IMG/VR virus record: IMGVR_UViG_3300028151_000001
Coordinates: 6,095 to 70,094 of that record
Source: a virus
Direction: 5' to 3' (one strand)
DNA: 64,000 nucleotides
This document shows, in pieces, positions 53,464 to 62,056 of the stretch (its first letter is position 1; each line of letters starts with the position of its first letter). The position numbers and the translations under genes were made by a program. The notes below the pieces were generated by a model that worked only from the letters and a program-made list of their open reading frames with translations, ran no database searches and had not been told where the DNA came from.

Positions 53464-54702
53464 CTATTTACCCTCTAGCCAACCAACTAGAAGGTTCTTC
53501 ATTCTAAGACTCATTATACACAACTCAATAGGTTTATCATCTCTAATTTGTGTCCTGTAAATCCACTGTACTAACTCAGACAGTGCAAACTTATCATCAT
53601 CTGGAGGTGTTCCATAGTCTTGTAAGTAAGCTTTGATAGCAGTATTTACAAACCTATTATAAGCATGAACAGCTACAGTTTTGTGTGACCACAAGTTAGT
53701 TGCTTTAGTGCCACAATATATCCAAGCTACATCTTTAGGCATCCTTTTGTTTAATATATGTCTTGTTATCTTTTCTTTTTTAATATACGTGTAATCAGCT
53801 AAAGCTTTAGGGGCTGTAAATATAAAATTATCTCTTGTACCATATTTACTATAAACAGAAAATAGAGCATTAGAAATCTTATATAAATCAGCTAGTGTTG
53901 CATTCTTATTATACCAAGTAGAAGACATAGACAGCTTAGAAACTAGTTTTGTAGAAGGTGTGTCAATGAAACTAATTAAGTGTCTAGCCCTACTAAGTAC
54001 TTGTGTCGTTGTCTTAAGAAGCTTCACTTCTGTAAATGGAATAACATCCACTTTCTTAAGCTTCATAAAGGCTTCCATAACAGAACCTTCAAATAGATAA
54101 GTCAGTAGAATAACACGTCTTGACGATTGCACAAGCTCAATTGGCAAGTGTACAACCATAATGCGTCTGTCACGCTTTGCACAATACAACATACCAAGAT
54201 CAGACATCCTCTTAAGTTTGCTGTATGCTGTGTCTCCCATTTCATCATCATTGTACCATTGCCAAGTAACTCTGCCAAGATCGTCTTCGTTAACACTGAT
54301 GTGCCCAGCTTTCTCAAGACTTACAATATCATCTCGTTTATAATTACCACTATAGGATTCTATAAAGTTTATTTCTTCATCGACAATAAGAATATACTCT
54401 TGTTTCTTTATTAGTGCAAGATGCCTCTTAGTCAAGTCAGTAAACAAGGAGTGTGTAAAGGAAACGTTACACCCCTCTTCAAGGAGCTTTAGTAGGTGCT
54501 CACCTTTAGTTTTATATTCCTCTGTGCAAGGATACACAAATCCTAGTGACCTACAAGCTTCGGGTATTCGTTCTTCAACTTCTGTCAGCATTGGTGAGAC
54601 GTATAAATATTTATTCTGTGGGTTATTGAGCATCCACTGAATTACGCCTAACGTCTTGCCGCTGCCCATAATAGAGTCTAGCAGTTCAATCTTAGTTGAC
54701 AT
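53464..54702 (-). CDS. SF2 helicase-like ATPase
   Basis: DSIMGSGKT Walker A, SFTH, LIVDEE Walker B, C-terminal QWIYRTQIR. Confidence 0.7.
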   Translation of the reverse strand: MSTKIELLDSIMGSGKTLGVIQWMLNNPQNKYLYVSPMLTEVEERIPEACRSLGFVYPCTEEYKTKGEHLLKLLEEGCNVSFTHSLFTDLTKRHLALIKKQEYILIVDEEINFIESYSGNYKRDDIVSLEKAGHISVNEDDLGRVTWQWYNDDEMGDTAYSKLKRMSDLGMLYCAKRDRRIMVVHLPIELVQSSRRVILLTYLFEGSVMEAFMKLKKVDVIPFTEVKLLKTTTQVLSRARHLISFIDTPSTKLVSKLSMSSTWYNKNATLADLYKISNALFSVYSKYGTRDNFIFTAPKALADYTYIKKEKITRHILNKRMPKDVAWIYCGTKATNLWSHKTVAVHAYNRFVNTAIKAYLQDYGTPPDDDKFALSELVQWIYRTQIRDDKPIELCIMSLRMKNLLVGWLEGK

Positions 54703-55041
54703 TTAATCCTCCTCAACTGCACCATCATTATCCTCCAACCACTTCTGTGCAACCATCTTAGCATCTTCCCAAGTAGGGGCTAACTGATCACGAAGTAGAG
54801 TGAGATTATCAATCAATACATTAATCTTTGCAACACGTTTAGTGACATCACTGTCTTTGTGTACAGAGCAATCAAGGAACACTTTCTTTGAGCAATCCCC
54901 AATCTGAATCTCAGCATCACAACTAGGATTCTTAGCCCAGTAAGTTTCAAGGTCTTCTTCTCTAGGACTAATACACTTCACTACAATAAACCCTGTCTCT
55001 TCAGCAGAGTCATTGAGAAATTCCTTACGAGTGAATTTCAT
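54703..55041 (-). CDS. hypothetical protein
   Basis: ORF track. Confidence 0.75.
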   Translation of the reverse strand: MKFTRKEFLNDSAEETGFIVVKCISPREEDLETYWAKNPSCDAEIQIGDCSKKVFLDCSVHKDSDVTKRVAKINVLIDNLTLLRDQLAPTWEDAKMVAQKWLEDNDGAVEED

Positions 55042-55197
55042 TTAAATACCCTCAAGCTCAAACCACATAAGCATTGCAAGTTTATTAGGAAACTCTTTAA
55101 TCATAATAGCATCCTCATCAAAGAGTTTTACAGTGATACCTTGTTCGACGTAGTAAGTGATTCCGTTGTGTTGGTGTGAATATAGATTTAGCATCAT
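55042..55197 (-). CDS. small hypothetical protein (51 aa), not in ORF track
   Basis: MMLNLYSHQHNGITYYVEQGITVKLFDEDAIMIKEFPNKLAMLMWFELEGI; fills gap. Confidence 0.6.
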   Translation of the reverse strand: MMLNLYSHQHNGITYYVEQGITVKLFDEDAIMIKEFPNKLAMLMWFELEGI

Positions 55198-55517
55198 TCT
55201 ACACTCTCCAAAACTTCTTTCATAAACTTATGAAGCAGACTTTGTACAGAGCTTTCTGCATCAGCATTAAAAAGAATATTGTGGCCACACTCACGACCTG
55301 CTGGATACTCAACATGTGCTTCTAGAGAGCACACTTCTAAGATGTCGTTAGTGTACTGTTCAAGCAAATTATCAAGCTCTTCTTCTTTGCGAAAATCCTT
55401 CAGAGATTCACCATACCACTCCCAATTATCAACACCACCTTGTTGCAATGCTTCAAGCATACGAGTATTACGTTCAAGTTCCATCAAACGTTTTGAATCA
55501 ATTTTAACTTCAGACAT
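55194..55517 (-). CDS. hypothetical protein
   Basis: ORF track; ALQQGGVDNWEWYGE motif common in phage proteins. Confidence 0.8.
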   Translation of the reverse strand: MSEVKIDSKRLMELERNTRMLEALQQGGVDNWEWYGESLKDFRKEEELDNLLEQYTNDILEVCSLEAHVEYPAGRECGHNILFNADAESSVQSLLHKFMKEVLESVE

Positions 55518-55531
55518 TTTTAAATCCCCTA

Positions 55532-55732
55532 TTAATTAGTAGTTTTTACAGCACGTTCAAAACTCTGATACTCTTTACTCTCCTTCACAGGTAATTGCAA
55601 AGGAGTTTCTTTGTAAGAGATTCCATTCATAATCCCATCCTGTCTATTCTCATACTTCATAGCGATAAAAAGACAGCATAGAATGACAATAACACAGATG
55701 CCTAGTACAACCTTGTTGAAATCGTTATTCAT
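55532..55732 (-). CDS. small membrane protein
   Basis: ORF track; N-terminal TM. Confidence 0.7.
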   Translation of the reverse strand: MNNDFNKVVLGICVIVILCCLFIAMKYENRQDGIMNGISYKETPLQLPVKESKEYQSFERAVKTTN

Positions 55733-55938
55733 GTTTTAGCCTTCATTAACTTCCTCATTTGTCGAACATCATACACCATTCTATCATGCTCTTGCAAGGA
55801 TATTAGCTCAAGACAATAGGCTAAAGTTATCTGAGCCATTGCCCATGTTGAACGTGTGCTCATTGTATCTGTACAACGTGTCTCTGAGATTTGATTGATA
55901 TTGTCTTGTAGGAATTGTTTTAGCTGTGTTGGGGTCAT
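55729..55938 (-). CDS. hypothetical protein
   Basis: ORF track; GGAGG SD. Confidence 0.7.
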   Translation of the reverse strand: MTPTQLKQFLQDNINQISETRCTDTMSTRSTWAMAQITLAYCLELISLQEHDRMVYDVRQMRKLMKAKT

Positions 55939-56054
55939 TTGTTCAAATCCTCCGTAAGTTCAGATGTAATTTTATACCTTGTATTGTTTTTCATATCAAC
56001 CTCCAAATCATAGATAAAAGAAAATCCGCAAGGGCTTGTAGGCCGATGCGGATC

Positions 56055-56083
56055 ATTATGGGCTTGTTTCAGGTGGGTGTCAA
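56055..56083 (-). promoter_or_regulatory. sigma70-type promoter
   Basis: TTGACA-17 nt-CATAAT on minus strand. Confidence 0.8.
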
Positions 56084-56093
56084 GGGGTTATTT

Positions 56094-56285
56094 TTATGCT
56101 TTTGTTAGGCAGCTTTTACACATACAAACATCGCTCAGTTCCAACCCCTTGCTCTGCACATTGAAGCACCAGCAAGTGTTTTTACCTTGTGAAATGTCAC
56201 ATCTAACTGGACTTTCACACCGAGGGCATGAGTGGGTGACACTTGACTGACAGCCTACTTTTTCCATTAGTTCAACGTAATCCAT
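56094..56285 (-). CDS. cysteine-rich CWC family protein
   Basis: CPRC....C.......CWC...........C.C..CL pattern. Confidence 0.8.
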   Translation of the reverse strand: MDYVELMEKVGCQSSVTHSCPRCESPVRCDISQGKNTCWCFNVQSKGLELSDVCMCKSCLTKA

Positions 56286-56293
56286 AAATCCTC

Positions 56294-58513
56294 TTAGAAA
56301 CTAATTTCGCAAACACCACCGGCACAGGCTTGGCTACCCATTGTATCAACTTCTGTGTAGCTTTGCTGAGAAAGATCCTTGGAGAAGTCTACCTCAACGA
56401 AGTTATTATTGATGCCCACCCATTTGTGGAGATTGTGACAATCTTTCAACATGAAGGTCAGCTTCATAACATCACCGTCAAAGTTCTTTTCTGCAAACTT
56501 CTTAACTCGACGTACCCAGTCACGCTTGAGCAAATCACTAGAGTCTTCTGGGTCAAGCTTCAACCCAAACCCAAGTGCCGTATCACATGCCATCCACAGG
56601 TTATTACCAAATGCTTGCAATGCACCAACAATCAAACCAGATGCAAACATTGAGCTATCACCATACATATCAATAATCTGCTGTGCAGTGAACACCTCAG
56701 TGAATGGTGCCTGAGCGTATGCACGATCACCCATAGAACTCAGTAGAGAAATACCAGCAAACCATTTACGGTTGTTGTAAATGTATTCCTCAACTTCATC
56801 CCAATCATCAACAGTAATAGTGTTACTTACGTTATGACGAAGGTCAGGATCAACACAAAGCTTATAATTAGTACCGTGTTCAATCCAATATTGCTGAGCA
56901 GTCTTGACATAATCAAGTTGTTTCACGCCCATCAAATCAGATTTGTAAATACTACCTTCCTTACTTTCAACAGGGAAGCTAACTACAACATCTGTACCAT
57001 TACTACTCCAAACACTTGGCTCAACCATCTTAGGGTTGGTCTTAGTGATAATCCGAGTAACCTCATCTCCCACATTCATCTGAACATTACGTAGGTATTT
57101 AGGGCTATGTTCCCCATGAATGCCTGAAGCTGTACCGAGGATAACAGAAGCATTACCGCTTGGTTTTACTGCTGTACAACGTGCGGCTTGGTTAATACCC
57201 AAAAGCTTAGCAACTTCTTTGTTTGTAGCTTTTACAATATCAGCCCCATCAATCATATTCTGAGGATCAAACAACACATCAGGATTGTTCATCCAACCCG
57301 TAATGCTCACACCAAGCAAAGCTTCTTTCTCTGTAATCTGACGTGTAGCATCTGACAGATATTTAAAGTTAGAGTAACCGGCTTGTAGAGTACCAAGGAT
57401 TGCACCAGCTTTACAAGCGTACATGAAAGACTCTTTACTTGTACACTTGTCGCCTGAAAGCTCTGTCAAATTGCAAAATTGAAAACCTGATTCCCCAGTT
57501 TCACTGATTGGCAACATCCCAATCTCTACGCAAGGATTAAAGCAGAACTCTTTATTCTCTGTGAAGATAAAGCCGGGTTCACCAAAGTCTTTAACAGACT
57601 TCATAATGTTAGACCATTCTTCGCGGCTAAGTTCATCACGAACAAGCATGACAGAGTTGTTACTACGTCCACGCTGAGGATTGTCTACAAACCAATCACC
57701 AGTCTTGGCCTTCAACATCAGTTCATCATCTTTATCAAACATACAGATTGTAGCAGAACGACGCACACCACCACTAAGTACAGCATCAGACATATGCATT
57801 ACAAAGTCGTAAGCTGTGATCGTTGGCAAGCTCACGGAGTCATTCTTACCTTCAACCAGTGCTTCCAACAGAGCTTCACATTTAACCAGAGCACTGCGCA
57901 GGCCATCTGGCCCCGGAGCTTTAAACCCACCAGAAATCAATGCACCTTTAGGTCGAATCTTGTTGAAATCAAAGTGAACTTGGCAACCTTTGTATTCAGG
58001 AAATGTACCGGTATCTACAAAGTAGCTGCTGAACAAAACACCAAAAGCGTCTGCCCAACCTTCAATTGTATCTGGAACCTGAAATACTTTTACTTTCTTT
58101 TCATAGCGCTTGTGAACTTTAGGTAGCTTTGCCACATGGTGACTTTGAACAGAGAAGCCTACACCGCAACCACACAACAAAAGGTACATAGCTTCTTGAA
58201 AGAAAGCTGCACGATCACAATGAGAGACAGAGCAGTTATACATACGAGCTTCGTGTTTGAATAGCTGTTCACCACCGAACTGCAACGCTCGTTGAGCACC
58301 AAGGACAGCTTTATCTTTGTAAGCTTGTTCTGCAAATGCAATGTACTTCTCAAGTTCAGGAGACATTACAGAAGCATATTTTTCACGGTGCATATTCATT
58401 ACACGAGAGACCGATTCATCCCAAGTCTCATAGCCACCCTTAACTTCATCCCAACGAGAGTAACCCATGTAGAACTTAGACGACGACATCATTTCTTTGC
58501 CAGCAGTATTCAA
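56294..58513 (-). CDS. nrdJ: class II (adenosylcobalamin-dependent) ribonucleotide reductase
   Basis: MYNCS, GCGVGFS, GGVRRSA, NPCVEI, CNLTE, TAVKPSG, C-terminal CAGG.C; no beta-subunit gene adjacent. Confidence 0.9.
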   Translation of the reverse strand: MNTAGKEMMSSSKFYMGYSRWDEVKGGYETWDESVSRVMNMHREKYASVMSPELEKYIAFAEQAYKDKAVLGAQRALQFGGEQLFKHEARMYNCSVSHCDRAAFFQEAMYLLLCGCGVGFSVQSHHVAKLPKVHKRYEKKVKVFQVPDTIEGWADAFGVLFSSYFVDTGTFPEYKGCQVHFDFNKIRPKGALISGGFKAPGPDGLRSALVKCEALLEALVEGKNDSVSLPTITAYDFVMHMSDAVLSGGVRRSATICMFDKDDELMLKAKTGDWFVDNPQRGRSNNSVMLVRDELSREEWSNIMKSVKDFGEPGFIFTENKEFCFNPCVEIGMLPISETGESGFQFCNLTELSGDKCTSKESFMYACKAGAILGTLQAGYSNFKYLSDATRQITEKEALLGVSITGWMNNPDVLFDPQNMIDGADIVKATNKEVAKLLGINQAARCTAVKPSGNASVILGTASGIHGEHSPKYLRNVQMNVGDEVTRIITKTNPKMVEPSVWSSNGTDVVVSFPVESKEGSIYKSDLMGVKQLDYVKTAQQYWIEHGTNYKLCVDPDLRHNVSNTITVDDWDEVEEYIYNNRKWFAGISLLSSMGDRAYAQAPFTEVFTAQQIIDMYGDSSMFASGLIVGALQAFGNNLWMACDTALGFGLKLDPEDSSDLLKRDWVRRVKKFAEKNFDGDVMKLTFMLKDCHNLHKWVGINNNFVEVDFSKDLSQQSYTEVDTMGSQACAGGVCEISF

Positions 58514-58546
58514 TTGTTACTCCTTAATAAATTAATTGTTTGAAAC

Positions 58547-58918
58547 TTAGTTACTATCCGACTGAATCCCATGCTTCTGTGCATAATCACAGAAATCACC
58601 AGTGTTCAGCATCTTACCCATTGTCTTCAATGCAATACGCATATCAAGACTTGAATTTTCAATTTTATTGTCCCAAGAACAACCGTCGCTCTTGAGCCAA
58701 TCAGAATCACAGCGTTCGTGTGCTTCCCAACGAAGACAATTAACAACATCACCACGAAGATTACGGTGTTGACAGATTACTTCATCCAGTCCCATAGAAT
58801 AATCTAAGCCGTTCTGATAGAGATATTTATAAATTTCTGCTTTATCACCACTACCAAATGCTTCCTTGAAACCATCTACAAGCAACATATCACTGAGAGA
58901 CAAACTATATCCGATCAT
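58547..58918 (-). CDS. hypothetical protein
   Basis: ORF track. Confidence 0.75.
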   Translation of the reverse strand: MIGYSLSLSDMLLVDGFKEAFGSGDKAEIYKYLYQNGLDYSMGLDEVICQHRNLRGDVVNCLRWEAHERCDSDWLKSDGCSWDNKIENSSLDMRIALKTMGKMLNTGDFCDYAQKHGIQSDSN

Positions 58919-59082
58919 GAGATTTCCTTAACGCTATTGTAAATTACTTGATAACCCAGAGCCTCTATAACTTCATTAAAGAAGTAGTGGTCATCATCAG
59001 ACTTAATAACTTTACCTCCAATGACACAGCGTTGAAACCCTTCACCACCATCGTCTACTACATCGACTAGTAGTTCCTTCAT
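58915..59082 (-). CDS. small hypothetical protein (55 aa), not in ORF track
   Basis: MKELLVDVVDDGGEGFQRCVIGGKVIKSDDDHYFFNEVIEALGYQVIYNSVKEIS; GAGGAG SD; ATGA overlap. Confidence 0.6.
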   Translation of the reverse strand: MKELLVDVVDDGGEGFQRCVIGGKVIKSDDDHYFFNEVIEALGYQVIYNSVKEIS

Positions 59083-59085
59083 ACA

Positions 59086-59268
59086 TCACTCCTCATCATT
59101 CATAAAATAATCTTGTACAGATTCATCAGCAAGCCAAGCCAGATAAATTTCTTCGCGTGTATCAAGGATACGTCTTGCAGCATTTGCACTACTCATCATT
59201 CCTCGGACTTGATACAGATTCCACAGGTCATTCATGTAGTCGCAGAATGAATAGTCAACTTGTTTCAT
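59086..59268 (-). CDS. hypothetical protein
   Basis: ORF track. Confidence 0.65.
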   Translation of the reverse strand: MKQVDYSFCDYMNDLWNLYQVRGMMSSANAARRILDTREEIYLAWLADESVQDYFMNDEE

Positions 59269-59917
59269 GGGGTTTCTCCACTAGTGCTTTCCAACTTACC
59301 GGGAAGATATTAGCAATTTCTTTACCTACCAATTCAGCTACCACTTTAACTTCTTTCTGTGCTGTAGGGTCTGTCCGCTTCAAGTAGAAGTTAGCAAAGC
59401 TTACTAGATTACCTGTCCAAATCCAATTAACAATTGCTCCTTGTGGCAGAACAAAGCGACATTGTTCGGGACAAACACCATCTTTCAACATAGCTTGGTA
59501 TATATCTACACACTCGGCAACACGCTGCTCATAACGACAAATCCAATCATCAGACCGCACATGTTTCTCCCCACTACCTTGCTTAATACTCCCTTCTGGC
59601 TTGGACCGGAAGAATTCGGGAATAAAAATCTCAGGTGTTGTAGAGATATACCGACGACTCTCTTCGTTTTCCACCATCCCAATTTTGTGCTTAAAACATT
59701 GTGTGCGAATTGGGACAGGAGCTGCTACACGAAACTTCAAGCCTGTGTGGGCAAAGGGCGTCCAATGTTTGTGAGATGCTAAGTAGCGAATCAGTTTACC
59801 GTCCCGGTCTTCATCAAAGATATCTCCAGAGTCTTTTGCAAAACTAACTCTTGCTGCTTGTACTATAGCAAGGTCGCTACCCATTGAATCTAGCAGTTCT
59901 ACTTTGATCTGGCTCAT
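59255..59917 (-). CDS. thyX: flavin-dependent thymidylate synthase
   Basis: AARVSF, H.TPF.H, KHK...NEESRRY variant ThyX motif, PEQ.R.VLP, R....AQ.E. Confidence 0.92.
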   Translation of the reverse strand: MSQIKVELLDSMGSDLAIVQAARVSFAKDSGDIFDEDRDGKLIRYLASHKHWTPFAHTGLKFRVAAPVPIRTQCFKHKIGMVENEESRRYISTTPEIFIPEFFRSKPEGSIKQGSGEKHVRSDDWICRYEQRVAECVDIYQAMLKDGVCPEQCRFVLPQGAIVNWIWTGNLVSFANFYLKRTDPTAQKEVKVVAELVGKEIANIFPVSWKALVEKPHETS

Positions 59918-60399
59918 TATTTAAACTCTCCCGGTACACATACACTCAAATCAGGACGAATATGGCTCTTCAACTTCATCACCTTACTATCTGACACACG
60001 CTTCACAGTGTACAGCAATTCACCGTCAAATGTAAGCTCATCAATGTAATATTCACCACCTTGAGACGCTTGTAAGTGATCCTTACTCATCTGTGCATAT
60101 GTGAAGCTATTCGTTGTTTTCTGTAGGTTATTCTCGCATACAACTTCCCAAGCTTTCTTTGTATTACAACCATATGCTTCAAGAAGGTGTTCAAGATATG
60201 TATTCAGAAACTTGATATCCATACAAGCATCAACAATCTCTTGCATGTCTTCCTCACTTGAAGCTTCCTCAAGCTCATTCACTTCTTCCAAGAGAAGTTT
60301 TGATTGCTGCTTGATTTGTTTAAACACTTCATAGTGTGTAGCCATACTTGGTGCATTACCAATTGCATATCCGAATTTTACACAGTCACGCTTACTCAC
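59917..60399 (-). CDS. MazG-like / phosphoribosyl-ATP pyrophosphohydrolase-type NTP pyrophosphatase
   Basis: LLEEVNELEEA...EIVDACMD acidic motif; V...NL.K. Confidence 0.75.
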   Translation of the reverse strand: MSKRDCVKFGYAIGNAPSMATHYEVFKQIKQQSKLLLEEVNELEEASSEEDMQEIVDACMDIKFLNTYLEHLLEAYGCNTKKAWEVVCENNLQKTTNSFTYAQMSKDHLQASQGGEYYIDELTFDGELLYTVKRVSDSKVMKLKSHIRPDLSVCVPGEFK

Positions 60400-60554
60400 A
60401 AAAACTCCTTAATCAAACTTTTAATTACTTCAGTTGTTTTAATAAGCATTTCCCTTTCTTCTTCAATATCTGCAACGTACATACTATAATGATCTTCTAA
60501 ATATTGTTCAAGGAAATCAACAATAAGGTAAAGCTCATCTTGGTCATATTTCAT
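60396..60554 (-). CDS. small acidic hypothetical protein (52 aa), not in ORF track
   Basis: MKYDQDELYLIVDFLEQYLEDHYSMYVADIEEEREMLIKTTEVIKSLIKEFL; GGAG SD. Confidence 0.6.
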   Translation of the reverse strand: MKYDQDELYLIVDFLEQYLEDHYSMYVADIEEEREMLIKTTEVIKSLIKEFL

Positions 60555-60564
60555 TTCTTTCTCC

Positions 60565-61101
60565 TTAGTTCAAATATTGTTGACAGAAGTCTGCAACACT
60601 GAAGCTTTCCCAGTCATCAATACTATAACCTACACCACAATTTGATGATTGCTCATATACAGTCTTAAAGTGGACACGCTTATGATGATCGAAGCCTTCT
60701 AGGTTGTCGAGTCGGTCATCTATCATAGCAACTACTTTGTCGCTGTTCAATAAATATTTCTCTTCTGTGCAAACATAACCAGTCAAGAATTTATAATGTT
60801 CTTTTAGCCAGCTCTTTTTGTTCTTTGAGTTATACCCACATTTCTCAGCACTTACAAAAACAATGGAAAAGTATTTTGAAAGTTGCTCAAGTTTTGATAC
60901 TGAATGTCCTAGAGGCTGCATATCAAAGTAGTCTAGATTTTTCCAGAACTCATATGCATCTTTTGCATGAGGGTAATACTGAGCGAAATTGTATTTAGTC
61001 ATAGCACACTTTACATAGCCATACTTCTCAGCCAGCACTTCCCTCCAAAAAACATCTGAGGGTGCAACTACTAGATCAACATCTACCAGTAGAATTCTCA
61101 T
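60565..61101 (-). CDS. HAD-family 5'(3')-deoxyribonucleotidase
   Basis: LVDVDLV motif I, FVS motif II, K..W, MIDD motif IV. Confidence 0.8.
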   Translation of the reverse strand: MRILLVDVDLVVAPSDVFWREVLAEKYGYVKCAMTKYNFAQYYPHAKDAYEFWKNLDYFDMQPLGHSVSKLEQLSKYFSIVFVSAEKCGYNSKNKKSWLKEHYKFLTGYVCTEEKYLLNSDKVVAMIDDRLDNLEGFDHHKRVHFKTVYEQSSNCGVGYSIDDWESFSVADFCQQYLN

Positions 61102-61637
61102 TTAATCTTCCCCATCAATACAAGCTCAAGTTCGGCTAAGATGTTAAACGCTGCATGACACAAATGACTAATACCACTCTCTTCATCCACACGCTCAATT
61201 GCAGGAACACCTTCTGCTTTCTGAATAAACCCTTTTAGTCGATGTCGTGTAGCTGCTGCTGAGAATTCCACTTCAGCATTGGGGAGGTTCTTGAAGTCAT
61301 TAGGCTTGTACCCCTTATGTTCCTCAGCCCATCCCATCATCTTACCAAGCTCCATCATGGCATTAGGGAACCCTTCATCTACAAGATGCATCTTCACTTT
61401 ACCAACCTTACGTTCTTCAAGGATTGGTTTGGCGATAGTTTCTGTATTAACTACTACAAAACAATAATCCTCCCAATTAACTAGTCCAAAATTTTGACAA
61501 CCTTTGTCATCAAGAAACCACAAATCACCTTCTACATCTTTTCCGCCGACTATGTAAACTTTACCTACAGTAGTATCTTGAGCATAGTAAGGTAACTCAC
61601 TACACGAAATAAAATCTCCAACCTTAAACTTATTCAT
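61098..61637 (-). CDS. dATP/dGTP diphosphohydrolase-like (DUF5664) domain fused to an N-terminal beta domain
   Basis: K.GK..MHLV, KGY.PN.FK, AA.RH, DEESG..HL.HAA.N. Confidence 0.75.
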   Translation of the reverse strand: MNKFKVGDFISCSELPYYAQDTTVGKVYIVGGKDVEGDLWFLDDKGCQNFGLVNWEDYCFVVVNTETIAKPILEERKVGKVKMHLVDEGFPNAMMELGKMMGWAEEHKGYKPNDFKNLPNAEVEFSAAATRHRLKGFIQKAEGVPAIERVDEESGISHLCHAAFNILAELELVLMGKIK

Positions 61638-61688
61638 TTTGTCTCTCCTATTTATTTCTACAGATTATTTACAGTGTGTACGTGTAGG

Positions 61689-61717
61689 ATTATGACTCAT
61701 TCACATGAATGAGTCAA
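61689..61717 (-). promoter_or_regulatory. sigma70-type promoter with palindromic operator across the spacer
   Basis: TTGACT-17 nt-CATAAT; perfect 11-bp inverted repeat TGACTCATTCA-CA-TGAATGAGTCA at 61693-61716. Confidence 0.8.
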
Positions 61718-61725
61718 GGGTTATT

Positions 61726-62046
61726 TTATAGTCCTGTAATCTTAGCCAACCATCCTCCAAATTTACTGTGTTGATTTACACCAGAGCTTCCTGTTAACAA
61801 CCACTTGAATGGTGCAATTACAAACCAGATCGGCAGTACCCAGACTCTATTTAGGCGCTGACTTAGCGTAGTTTTGTCGTATTGCTCTTTGTAACGATAT
61901 ACAACATAGTCACTACCAATTTCATTCTCATCATCAAAGAGAAATTCAATCAACCCTTCTGGTGTCTTGGGGAGGTATGGATAATCTTTGAAGTCCCTCA
62001 TTAAGTCTGTTTGGTAAGCTTTGTTTACTCGATTGTGAATGCTCAT
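61726..62046 (-). CDS. hypothetical protein, possible C-terminal membrane segment
   Basis: ORF track. Confidence 0.75.
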   Translation of the reverse strand: MSIHNRVNKAYQTDLMRDFKDYPYLPKTPEGLIEFLFDDENEIGSDYVVYRYKEQYDKTTLSQRLNRVWVLPIWFVIAPFKWLLTGSSGVNQHSKFGGWLAKITGL

Positions 62047-62056
62047 TTAGTTTTCC

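Noticed and set aside
59917-61637. 2-aminoadenine (Z) genome pathway
   Set aside because: DUF5664-like and MazG-like genes are present, but no purZ or datZ homolog is in this window; insufficient evidence
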